From Amphiscolops sp. MND2022 (Eukaryota), in contig CAXLNC010001105.1 of NCBI GenBank assembly GCA_964187785.1, positions 1-64,000 on the forward strand: a stretch of 64,000 nucleotides of DNA, given 5' to 3'. The notes below the pieces were generated by a model. That model searched no databases, was not told the origin of the DNA, and saw only the letters and a program-made list of their open reading frames with translations. Position 1 is the stretch's first letter; each line of letters begins with the position of its first letter. The translations under genes and the position numbers were made by a program. Of this stretch, positions 25,501 through 37,440 are shown one piece after another.

Positions 25501-26572
25501 ATCAGTTCGGATCTAGGTTCAGACTGCATTATCAATTTGCAGTCTTCGTGTTTAGCCAGCTTCAAATTATACTACACTACAGCTATCTGGGTGATATATC
25601 CAAATGGGAGAAGTATCTGACCATTGACTTGAATCAACCGGACCTGCCCTACAAAACTGCTAATGAATTCGTTCTGAATTCAGATTTTCATCGTTTGGTG
25701 ACCACTAGCAAGCTTCCGAGACCTAGTAAATTCGTGGAACAAACGATTTCATTTTGTAAATTGTTCTGCAGTATTTTACTTTCTCACGAAATTATCAAAT
25801 CTGATCTGATCCGAGGGTTGGCCTGTTTTGATTCCGCAGTGATCCCCCATGGTAGCGAAGGGCAATACTTAACAGCGGTTGAAATCCTCACCACCCATTT
25901 CGTCAGTCTGGGATGGATGAGCCCGAGTGATAAAACAAGAGCCATCAGCCAAAATCCCTTGTTACTAAGTTTCGCGTATCAAATGTTGGTCAACGGGAAG
26001 ATTGGTTCCAATTTCTGGTGTCTCATTACGAGCTACAGTGTCGGCCCGAATTACATCAGTTGTTTAAACTTTCCAGTTTGTGCCTGCCTCCTCTGATCCA
26101 AATTCCGCCCATTTTTAAAGTGCCAATTCCTGATTTGGGGAATGACGAGGAAGCCTTTAGTTTGTGTGTTGAAAGTCTCCAGATTTCGTTTAGCACTGTT
26201 CCTAACGTTTCTAGTCTTTACCAAGATCCCCGTTCAGTTCCTAGAGTATTCCGATTATTGGGAAGTGGGAAGGAGATTCCTACTGACCGCAAATTTTCCA
26301 TCTGGAACATCTTGAAAGGAAGTGGATCCAAGAGAGCTTCACTACTTGCCAAGTTCGACAATGCTTATTAAAAGGCAGTTGTTGCGCCTGAGGTTCCAAT
26401 TCTTCCCGATGATGGAGATGTCACTTGTGGGAGTGACAATACTACCAGCAATAGTTCTCCTTCTCCCAAATCAAATCTGAGACTAGCTACTATTGCCTTG
26501 GCTCGCTGTGCCGGGGAAGGTCCCAGTACTTCTAAGTTGAAAGTTAAAGCCTCCAAGGGCCAGAAGAACTAG
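22517..26572 (+). pseudogene. E2 antisense accessory gene, multi-exon, BED-ZnF / hAT-like
   Basis: ATG 22517, stop 26572. Introns 22613-22906 (GTGAGT..TTTTAG), 23816-23886 (GTAAGT..TTGCAG, phase 0) and probably 24530-25559. Motifs KWWCWVCRVELSL...DAHL and HYELQCRPELHQLFKLSSLCLP. Confidence 0.72.
25040..25320 (+). repeat. ~30-bp imperfect tandem array, approx. GCTGAAAACCGCATAGTGACGTATAAGCATTT
   Basis: About 7-8 degenerate copies. The same CCGCATAGTGACGTAT core occurs in both E2 LTRs. Confidence 0.7.
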
Positions 26573-26699
26573 ATCAAACTTTCCAGTTATTCAATTTGAG
26601 TTTGTTTGTCTTTGTATTTATAGTTTGTACGTTGTTTTTGTGTATTTATCCGTTCCATCAGTTATTGGAGTACTTATTGTTCAGATTTGAGGGAAGTGT

Positions 26700-29600
26700 A
26701 CTCAAAAAAGAAACTGCTAACGGGTGTAGACCGTTGAAAATAGATGATTTCCCGACTGTGTTTTTCTAGTATCTGTAGGAGTCGGAGTAGTTTGGGTTGG
26801 GATTAGGGCGTAAGTTGTATTTTTCACCACGAGTGTTTATGGGTTCTTCTTGGAATGGGGTGTTTTCGGAATTTTCTGGGGTTTTTTGGGTTTGCGATTC
26901 TGGTGTATTTTCTTTTGGGGTTTTTTGGGAGATTTTTTATTCTTCATCTTGAATTTCTTGCTGGATTTCATTATGTTTTTCTTCTTCGCGCTCAGTGGTC
27001 TGCTCCACTGGGTTCCCCCCACTATTTTTTGGAAGTTCGAGGGAGGGAGGGTGGTTATTTTCAGGTACTTCAACAGGTACATATTCAATATCATCAGTAT
27101 TTTGCGTACAATCTGGATGGCTGTCCTCAAATGGGTTAGGCCCAAAATTTGTGTTCCATGATTGGGCATATAAGTCATCGTGTGCCACTGGCATTTGATC
27201 ATCTTTCTGCCAATCAGATTCTCGTACAAAAGTATCGGCTAAAGGTGCTTGCGGTGTGAATTTCCTCAACCTGATTCTATGTAAGAGTTGTTAATTATTA
27301 TAATTATTATAGGAATCCTATAATTATTATTAGGAAGGACTTTTTCGACTTTGTAAGGAACCTGCCATCTGAATTCCCGAAACGGAATTTTTGTTGCTTG
27401 TGTGTCAACTTTCGGGTTTGAAATGAAGCAGTAGTTCGTTGTTTCTAACGGTGATGCTTTTGCTTTTCTATCAAAATAGGCTTTGTATTTGAGATAAGAT
27501 TGCATTATGCTCTTTTCGGTCTGGTCTAGGAGTATTCTCATTCGTCGTTGTATTTCTTCTGCAACGTCTGTTTGGGGTTGATTTTTCGGATTAGGATTGT
27601 ATCCTAATTTATAATCCAGTATGTTGTGTGGTATGCGGCCATGAAAAACTCGGGAAGGCTCGCACACAAGCGATGCATGATAGGTTGTTTTGTGGTTTAG
27701 TACTGCTAACGGGAGAAATTTATGCCAGTTATGTCGGAATTCATCCGTTGCTGCTTTAAGTTGGGTTTTGACTGAAGCATGTGTTCTTTCCAGGAGTCCT
27801 ATTGTTTGAGCGTGTTTCATTGTTGCATGTTTAAGCTCAACACCTAGGACAGCTGTAACTTCATGAGTTACTTGAGCATTCAATTGTGTGCCAAGATCTG
27901 TGAGTGATGATTGTTGTTGGAAGGTATGTATGTTTGCATATTATGTCCAAAATGACTCGGGCAACTGATGTTGCAGTGATGCGGGTCACTGGATATGCAA
28001 ACAGGTATCGAGAGAAAACATCGATTGCTGTTATTATATGGTCGTATCCACCGCTGAGTGGTATATTTGGTAGAATGTCCATTTGAAGAGTATCTTCAGG
28101 GCCGAGATCCTATTCTGGGCAATTAAGTAGTTCGGTCCTGAGGAGGTCGTTATTGATCCTTTTGGTTTGAATGCAGGTTTGACAATTACTTACCCATTTT
28201 TAAAGTATTTTGCAATACAAGGGTAGTAGTATTTTTGCCTCACTTCTTGTATCATCTTTGTGATACCAGGATGGTTCGAGTTGTGACCATGTAAGGCAAG
28301 AAGTTGTTCTTCTAGGAGTTGCGTTGGTTAAACAATCTGATAATGCGAAGTGATTCCTGTGTCTGTGTAGTATTTTCTCGCTAGAACCTCTTGATTGATT
28401 TCGATTCTTGTTATGTTCTGGAGGTAATGCTGGTATCTGTAATCAGATGCCAAGTCGTTTTCATCAAAGGGGTTTCCTTCTATTTTAGCTCTGAGATTCC
28501 TAAGAACAATGTCAATGTTTTGTTCGAGCCTTATTCTGGCATTGTCTTGGAATTGTCCTTCAGAGCATGTGTTTAAGCCTGATGTCGGTTTGTGAAATTG
28601 TTAAAGTTCAATAACATTGTTTTCTGGGTTATTGTGAGTTTCAGTTTGAGCCTGATTTCTCACGTTTTGCTTTTCTTCCCAAAGTTTGTTTTCATCAATT
28701 TCATCGTCAGGGAGGAAGTAGACTTGTTCTTCTTCCACGATACCCAAAGATTGTATATTGACTTCTATCGCTTTCGTTTGGATATCGTTTTTTATGCTCA
28801 TTTCGAGTTTTTCGACTGTGTTGACTTTTGTTCTGGACAGGAAATCCGCCGCAGTTTTCATTGAACCAGCAACATGGGCAATGACAAAATTGTATAGCAG
28901 GACATAATCGCATGCGTTCCAAAGTGCAGGAGGAATGAGTTTTGCTTAAATATGCGAATAACAGATCTGTTGTCGGTGAACACTATGACTGGAAAAGTGC
29001 TTCCCCACATGGAGAGGAATTTTTTCGCATAGATCGACTATTTTGTTCGTGTTGGGTTGAAAGTGTTCGAACCAAAGGATATAGGTGCATAGGTTTTGCG
29101 TTTGGACTGGAGTTTCTGCCTGGGATCATCTTCTATCATGATAGCATATCCTGCTGCTGTAAAGCTTGCATCGGACATGACTATGAGTTGTTTATCTTTG
29201 AGAGGTTGTCGAATTTTCGAGAAGTCTTCTACCAGATTCGTGGGTACGTAGAATTTGGAGGTTTCTTTGAGAAGTTTGAAGAACGGAGATAATCATTCAG
29301 AAAGTCTCGGAATGTAATTATGGTAATACTTTAGTAATCCGATATATATTTGGAGTGCTTTTTTGGATTTGGGAAATGTCAGTTTTGACAAGAAATTTTT
29401 GACTTTGCTTGCGGAGCAACGCCATCAGGTGTGATTGTGCGGCCTAGAAAATTGACTTGCTTGACTCCGAAATGACATTTGGACATTGTGAGTTTTAGAC
29501 CAGCTTTTGGGATGCATTCGAAGACCGTCCTGATGTTGGCGCATAACTGTTTTGAGTTATTTGCTGCAATACCAATGTCATCGACGTACTGTGCGCATTG

Positions 29601-31500
29601 GTCGGCCTTGATCGCCTTGTCAAGGTACTCCCTCATGAAGCTTGAAAAGGCCGAGAGAGTTCTGCTAAGGCCTTGAGCGAGTCAACGATAAGCAAAGGTT
29701 CGGTTTGCAAAGTTGAAAGCAAGCATCTGAATAGATTGGTAGTCTGCCGTTTGAAGGAAGTGGTAAGCTTGGGAGCAATCTAGTTTGCAGAAACGTTTCT
29801 TGCCTGCCATATGTTGTGCTGCATCCGACAATGTGCTTACCGGGTGGTTTTTATTGATGTAGTTTTCAGTGATCAGGTTGTTGATTTTTCTGATATCCAC
29901 GAGTAGTCTGAGTCGTCCATTTGGTTTGCTTTGTGCAAAATTTCGACTAGCGTATTTTGAAAAAAGTAGGGTTGTATTGATTCCATATTTGTGTAGAAGT
30001 GCTAGTTCTACCGTAATGTCATCTTTGAGGTTGATTGGTGTTGGTAAACTTTGGCTGTATGCTAGTCGATCATCGTTTGGTGTAAGCTTAACTTTGAATT
30101 CGCGATTGGTGCCAATGTCGAAACGATGTCTTGCAAAGATATCGTGGAATTCAATGAGGATTTCTTCAATTTGTTCCTGATCTTCTGGGTTGAGCGTTGT
30201 GTCGGTCCATTCGAAATTCGAGAGGAAAATTATTCTTGATTTTTCATTGTCTTATGGGTTGAGTTGTTCAAGTTCTTTGAGCTCGAGGAGTTCATTGTAG
30301 ATTCGTTGTCGGATTGGGGTATACGTTGTAGGATCCCTGGTTCTTCTGGTGTTGGGAACCAATAAGATTCTTGTTCGGGGTTTTGTGAAGGAACTTTCAG
30401 TAGTTCATTTATTTAGATCTCGGTTGTTTCTTCAAGTTGTATCATGAATGACTACATCGCTGGATCTACAGGTTGTATATGTTTGATTTATCCTGGTGTG
30501 AGGATTTTGAAGTCTGCTAAATGGGTGTCACAAACTATTGTATATGGAAGTTCTGAAAATGTGATTAATTGATACCCGATAGCATTATTGTTGACCGTAC
30601 TAAGTGACGATGTGATGAAAATGCTGTCGTGGCTTTCGAATTGTGGTGAAGGTGAGACTATTCCTGTTGCATAGTGGTCTAACAGTTGGGGCATTCTGCT
30701 TGCTATTGCACGAGTTTCGCCTGGTTGGAGGGTGTATGTATTTTTAGCAAACAATGGCGTTGCTTGACGCATTGTTACTTGAGTGTCTGGTTTGAATTGC
30801 ATTGAGAGGTATGGAAAAGTTAAGATGCCTTGTGTGACATCAAAAACTGCATTGTTTGGTAGACTTTCCATGATGATGAAATTTTCTCGTAACATGAAGT
30901 CGGCCACTTCGAATTCAAGTAGTATTGTGCCGATTGGTACTTCCAGTTGACCATTGGCCACCATAATTTGGAAATTTGGCGGTGGGCCAGTATCTTTTAT
31001 TGCTTCATTGGCAATTAATTTGATTTTGTTAAGGTCTTGTTCGGAGATTGCACTAGTCAGGGTTCCTGTGTCAATGAGTCCATCAAGTGTGAGTTTTTCG
31101 AAGTCCATTGGCATGTAGTACATGTGGCGTTTTCGTTTCAATGTTAGCGAGGTTGACATAGGTAGGTATGACAGGTTGCGTTCCTGGTCAAACCGGATGT
31201 GGTTTGTGATATCTTCGACGAAAAGGGGTTGTTTTTGTTCATTGCAAGAAAAAGTGCTCGGGTGGTGAATTTCTGGTGAATTTTTTGTGAGTGTAGGAGA
31301 GATTTGGATGTTGTCTGAAAGATACTTGTCAGGGGCATCTCTCATGAGGTCATAGTAGAATTTTTGTGGAAGTTGATTGCTGTCAGAGTGTGTAGATGTT
31401 TGATGTGTGTAGTCTGGTTCTGTAGTCAGTTGTTTAAGTTGTATATTTATGGTTCCCACTTGACGCTGCCAGTCGTCTTGTGGTTTTTGAGGTGTTATTT
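26700..31500 (-). pseudogene. E2 pol (protease, RT, RNase H, integrase), frameshifted
   Basis: LIDTGTLTSAI (protease), DQCAQYVDDI (RT), HSHPGITK and IITAIDVFSRYLF...GLLERTHASVK (integrase). Confidence 0.93.
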
Positions 31501-33228
31501 GGGCGTTCTGGTTGTTAGGGCGTGGCGTTTCTAGTTTAAATCCTTGGAAGAGGATTGTTGAGGTCGTTCTATTTTTGGTTTTTTGGGTTTGCTAGCTTGT
31601 TTGTAAGCTTGGATGACTTTCTTTTGAGCTTCAGTGAGACTCCACTTCGGTGGTCGGTTTTTCATGTTGGCGCCGAAGTAGCAGTTTTCTTCTTCATGAC
31701 CGGGTGTATTGCTGTTTTGGCATGTTTCTGCATCCGGGTCCTCTTCAAGTTTGCGCCGTTTTGCTAGCTTGGGGCAGTCAGCCATCATATGGCCCGTCTC
31801 CTTGCAGTAACGGCATTGGTTATTTTTGAGTGTCTTGTTAGGTACTGTTTCTGGAGTTTGAGTTTTAGATGTTTCTTTTTGTTTTTGGTCAATTTTTCAG
31901 CCTTTTGTTCTTTTTTAGTTGCGGTCATTTGGGTCTTGACCGAAGGTTCGTCTGCCTCCAAACCAATTAGCTCCATCTCCCTCTGTAGATGTTAAACAAT
32001 CTGGTCGTATGTACCGTTCTCGAGATAAGCTTGGTTGATGGATTTTTTTAAGGTGAGGGGGCATCTTTGCATAGAGAGTATTTTCTCTATCATCTGGTGT
32101 GCGTTATCGCCGAAAGCTTTTTCAGCACTTTATTGAAGTTCTTCAAGGAAGTCCGGTAGTTTTTGGTTTTCAGGGTCAAAGAAAAGTCTATTGAATTGGT
32201 GCTTTGCTGAGGCATTGGATTCTGATTTCACGTATTTTCTGCGAAAGACTTTTAGAATGTCTTCCAGTGTGGTAGATGGTGTTCTTTGTATGTTTTTGAA
32301 TGTTTTTAATGCCAAACCTCTGAGGTGTGCATGAAAGTGGTTAATTTTCATTTCCTCTGTTAGATTCGGCTGCATGCGAAGTGTCGTATGAAACAAGTCT
32401 TCAAAGTATTCGAATTTCTCCTTTTCTCATTCTTTCCATTGAATGTCATTGTATTTTTCGGGTGAAAAAGTGATTGTTGGGAGCTTTTGTTTGCCAGTTT
32501 CTCGATTGCTTGTGCAATTTAATTAACTGGGTCAAGGGGTTTGTTTGTCAATGTTGACGTTGTTTTATCTGCGTGGGATCCAACTGTATCAATTAATGAC
32601 TGAGGATTTTGTGAGCTTTGTCTATGGAGTTGTCTGTTGGCTCCTGTCACCATGTGATAATCCTCCTCCTCGAAGTCCTCTTCTGATATTATTGTTTCGT
32701 CTAGATTCGGTGCGTTTTGATAAAGTGGTCTAGCATGATTCCTTAATTCTCTCATATCAGAGGCTCTGAGGGGATGATCATCCTCATTTTCAGTATCTGA
32801 GTTTTCTTTATTAGATGCGCGTACTCCACTCCACTAGACTTATCGTTTTTGGATCCCGATGGTTGAGAATTCTGAGATCCATTCAGTTCAAACCTGGAAT
32901 TTGTTATTGTTGATGCTGTTTTACTTGTGCTTATTTCCTTCAAAATTGCATGAAACTTGTTTTCCATTTCTTCTCTCATTTTCATTAGTCTGTCGCTGTT
33001 CTTATGCTCAAAACTTTCTGTCCATGCTTGGATTTCATTACTGGTTTGACTGGGTTCTATTAGTAGGGTCATATTCTCGTCTCTACCTAAAGGTCCTTGA
33101 ATAACAGTATTAACATTATCTAAAGTTTCATTACCTTGGATTGGTGTTTCTATTCGGGTTCCACTCGAATCTCAGTCAAGAGAAGGGGTTTCTTGCCTTC
33201 TTGATCTCCTGTTCCTCTTATTTCCCAT
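31500..33228 (-). pseudogene. E2 gag, starting inside the 5' LTR
   Basis: ATG 33228 lies in the LTR. The frame passes the PBS as EEEDYH-MVTGANRQ, then the capsid-like FEDLFHTTLRMQPNLTEEMKINHFH and the Zn knuckle CRYCKETGHMMADC. Confidence 0.88.
32639..32652 (-). promoter_or_regulatory. E2 primer-binding site
   Basis: TGGTGACAGGAGCC lies directly after the 5' LTR end; TGG pairs with tRNA CCA. Cognate tRNA not identified. Confidence 0.7.
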
Positions 33229-34286
33229 TGTTCTCAAGTGAAAAATGTATTGAGTTTATTGAGGAAGAATTTGAATTCAGCTGAGAGTTCCAACAAAACA
33301 AACTGGAAAATGAGACAAGTGTTGATTATGAGAAACTGCTTTTACAGTGGTTTGCAGTGTGGGTTTTTTCAACTGATTTCAACGGGAGTTGCTTCAAGTT
33401 ATATCGGGTTCTAAGGTTCTGAGCACAAGGAAAAAAATGATGGGGATTACACCCGTTTTTATGAGTGTCATGGTCCTTAAATTCTACAAAAAATTTACGT
33501 CATGTGTCGTAATTCTATTTATCACTCTAAATATATATTGCATGACAAGCACAAACAAGTATTGTACAGCTACGACAAAAAACCTGGAAAACTGCATAAT
33601 GACGTATATACGGTCTCACATTTCCGCATATCAGCGACTAATCACAATGCAATAATGGTATAGCGCCGTGTGATGGAAAACGCGGAAAACCGCATATTGA
33701 CGCATAGGCGCCGGCGATTTTCCGCATAGTGACGTATAAACATCACTGTGACAACGTATCAATGAAATTACAGTTTTCCGCATGGTGCCGCATGAGCGGT
33801 GGTTAAAATCCGCATATTGCAGTATATGCGTCAAGAATTTTCCGTATGGTGATGCATAATTACTATCCACAAACAGCATGATGAAGTGTATTCATTTCCA
33901 CATTTTCGTACTGTGACGTATGTTCAATGATTTGAAAAGTTACGTTTAGACTAATCATTACTTTCATTCAGAGATTATGGCTTAAATTAAACTAAATAAC
34001 TCAATATTTCAAGCTACAATTAGGGTAAAAAGTTAAGAAAAACTTGGTCAACATAACCTAATTCACACCTGACTTCGACAATACAACCAAAAAAAATATA
34101 AAATAAATATTTACATGACTTAATTCGTTGGTTAGGGTAAACAACAAGACAATAAAAGCAAAGAGATAAAAGGGGGGGGGGAGACAGTTTATTGAGTTTC
34201 ATCAGATTGAGTTTGTCTTTTAGGCTGCTTCTTCGTTTTTTTTTACTCTTGCAGAACAGACCCAGAGCACGCATGAGGCTGCGACA
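32653..34286 (-). repeat. E2 5' LTR
   Basis: Direct repeat of 18629-20155, followed by the TSD. Confidence 0.95.
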
Positions 34287-37142
34287 ATAGGAAAGAGTGG
34301 TATTGGGTATTGGAAGTTAAGCACTTTTTGAGAGAGAAGTTTTTATATCAATAAAGAGTTATCTAGTTCAGGAGTCCATTCAAAGGAAATGTCAAGATAA
34401 AGGAGAATATAGAAGAGTTTAAGTGAAAAGTGGAGTTTGTTTATAGTTTTGGAGTAAACATTCATTGATCCACTAAATCGTATTAGTTCGGATTTAGAGG
34501 TGGGAAGTTTTAAATTTTCCATCAACTTTGAAGGAGATGGGTTCATTAGTGTAATTAGCAATTTCATGTCCAAGAAACATTACAGTGAACAGGATATAAA
34601 ACGCTTTTTCAGGAGCATTTTTAAGAATATTGGAGCTACAAATTTGATGTCATTGTTCAATGCGTTCTAGCATAAGAGATTTAGTATGAGCTAGGAGGAG
34701 GATACTGTCATTTAAACAAGTCCAAAGACTTGGTTAATGATTTTGTGAAAAAAGTAAGACATTTGTTTCGGTAAAAAAATTGGGAGTCTTTTAAGGACCA
34801 TAAAAATTTCAAATAAAGGCATTTAGTTTATCTCTAGATGCAAAATTTGAGAGAGTAATGGCTTCTTCGTCAAATGAGGCATGTGCATAAGCTTACATAA
34901 GATCAATTGTAGATTTAAACTTTTTTGTTAGCTCTCGCTAATTGAGAAGCTAGAAATTCAATCGGCCAAGATTCAAAAGATTAGCGTTCGAGTTTAAGTG
35001 CCTTGCGTCCAGGACGACTTTAATAGTATCTCCTTTAAGCATTATAATGAGTGGATTCAAGAATGTAGTACCATTGATATTATCTGAGGGAGTGGAACCA
35101 ATGTGTATAATAATGTTGTGTATGAGATTTTTAGCGGGTGTTTGAGTTTGGAGTTTAGAAGAAGGTTTGAGACGGACTTCAAAAGGTGTAACATTTTTAC
35201 GTTGTGTAGCATAACAAAATCGATATTTGACTAAAATGGTGCAGAGTTATAAATATTCGACTTCCGTGACATCAGAGTATTGAAATTTGAATTTCTTGAG
35301 AATTGTCGAAATAACGGCGAGTTTGGTAAAGGAGAAAGTGGTCGATTTGAAATTTGAGAGGGGTGTAAAATATCGACTTCAACAGTGGTTTTTCGGAGTG
35401 AGGAGCGACGAACAGGAGGTTTGTGTTTTAAACAATTTGGGTAGTATGATGGAAACATAGACTATGGATAAAAGAATTGACATCATTACCTTTATAGGGT
35501 AGTGGTTAATAATAGTGACAGGAACAGCAAAATAGCCTATATATCCTGGCGAGAGATTTGTAGAATGATAAGAACTATTTTGAATTTGAACAGAGCAACT
35601 GTTAGGCTCAGATATAACGATTTGGTAAAACTAAAGAAAATTAAATGTCGAATGGAAGCGTGTATAAAAATATGGGTGAGGAGTTAAATGAAAAATAACC
35701 TCCATTTCGGAGGATTTCAAGGTTAACAGAGGAGTAGGCTGGATTGAAAAATGAACAACTTGTGAAGCGTTAGGATTGAAATAAGTTTCAAATTTTACTT
35801 TCATTGTATTTTTGCAAAAAAAATGTTTTCTTTTTCTTTATGAGAGGTAAAAGGAAGAGTAATGACATGTGGTGTATTAAACGTAAAAGACATATGTTCA
35901 AAATTTACTATTCTAACACCTTTTTCGTAATGCGTGTGCTAGTACTTCCATGGATAGAGGTATGTAATGTAAGAATAAGAATGAAAAATATGGGGACTTC
36001 AGTTTTATTTGCAACTGTTAGAGTTTCAAAATGAGTACTAGAAAGAGTAGACTTTGAACTTAATAGGAAAGTCATTTGCTTAGATTGTGAATATGGGTCA
36101 AATTAAGACACAAATGGAGGCACCGCTGTCTAACAAAAATACAAGTTCTAGTTTAAAAGGTATAGAGGAAACGTCGGGGGGTTCGAAGATGTATATTTTA
36201 ACAAATATTGTAGAAGGAGTTATGGCGTAAGCAGGGTTTTTGCTAGAGCGGAAAATGTCATAAGAGAAGTGGTTGGAAGATACATATTAATTTCAATTTT
36301 AAATTCTGTAGAGGATTTGTTATAAGTTGATGAAGTGGGCTGTTGCGTTAGATAAATAGTGGGTTTTTAGGTTTGTTTGGAGGTCATATTAGGATTTGAG
36401 TTTGATCGACTTCGACAGCGACCAGTACGTTGTTTAGAGGGTCAACGACATGGTGATTTATATCGTCTAAATGAGGAGCGTTCACGAGAACGATGGTAAT
36501 TTTTTTAGGGACTACGAGATACGGGACTCTATGATGATAGAAGTGTAATATGTTCCTGAAACGGGGTTTTCTATAAAACTGATCATAGAGAGATTGATTA
36601 CGTTCAAAAAATTAGAAGAAATTGAGAATTATGAGGAGACTGATTATGTGGAGATTGTCTATCAAAATACTTTGAACGAGATTTGAAGCGATATTGTGCA
36701 TGAGATATGTATCGAGATTCTTGAGAAGGTTTTCGAAAATGGTTACTATTACTTCGACTACGATAACGAGGAGTTTGAGTATTATCTTTTAAAATTTTAT
36801 ATTTGTTTTTTTTCGGAGTTTTCAAATGTTGTTAAATGGAGGGTGTAGGCGATTTTGGTTGATGTTTAGATTCCTTGAGCATATTGAGTCTACGATAACA
36901 TGTGAAAACTGAATGATTGTTTAGATGGCAGAAAGAACAATTTGTTTTATATTGAGGTTCAAATATATTATTAGGATCCTCTGCATGTGATTGTGGAGAT
37001 TCGGAGTAGGTATGTTTATTCGAAGCATTCTGTTGATGGGTGTCGGAGTGGGTATTAATTCCGAGGGAAACTCATTTTAATGTTTCAAGAGTAATATCTT
37101 TAGAGTCAGTCATAGTGACAAGAGAATGAAAAAGAATTGAGT

Positions 37143-37440
37143 GTTCAAGAGAACTAGAAATTAGTTCAACTTCGCATTACGCATTAACAGTTCACACGCC
37201 TGGTAAAGAAGTCTGGTGTAATGAATAATCATCAACCATAAATATCAAATGTAATGAAAATTTTAACCGCGGTCTCCCAAAAAAATTAAAAGACTTTGCC
37301 AACAAAGAGACCACGGGTAAATATATCCTTACATTTGAGATTTATGGTTGATCGGTGTTTATTATACCAGCCTTGTTTAACAAGTGTTTCAACTTACAAT
37401 GCGTAATGGCAAGTTAAACTGACTTCTAGTTTCCTTGAAC
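37143..37440. repeat. Imperfect ~300-bp inverted repeat made of gag sequence
   Basis: Paired blocks include cattacgcatt/aatgcgtaatg, atcaaccataaat/atttatggttgat, tcaaatgtaa/ttacatttga and gttcaag..aactagaa/ttctagtt..cttgaac. Confidence 0.75.

Larger units (their letters stand above)
18629..34286 (-). mobile_element. E2: full-length 15.66-kb Ty3/gypsy LTR retrotransposon
   Basis: Direct repeats 18629-20155 and 32653-34286 with TG...CA ends. TSD ATAGG at 18624-18628 and 34287-34291. PBS, gag, pol and a ~6.4-kb accessory region. Confidence 0.95.
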
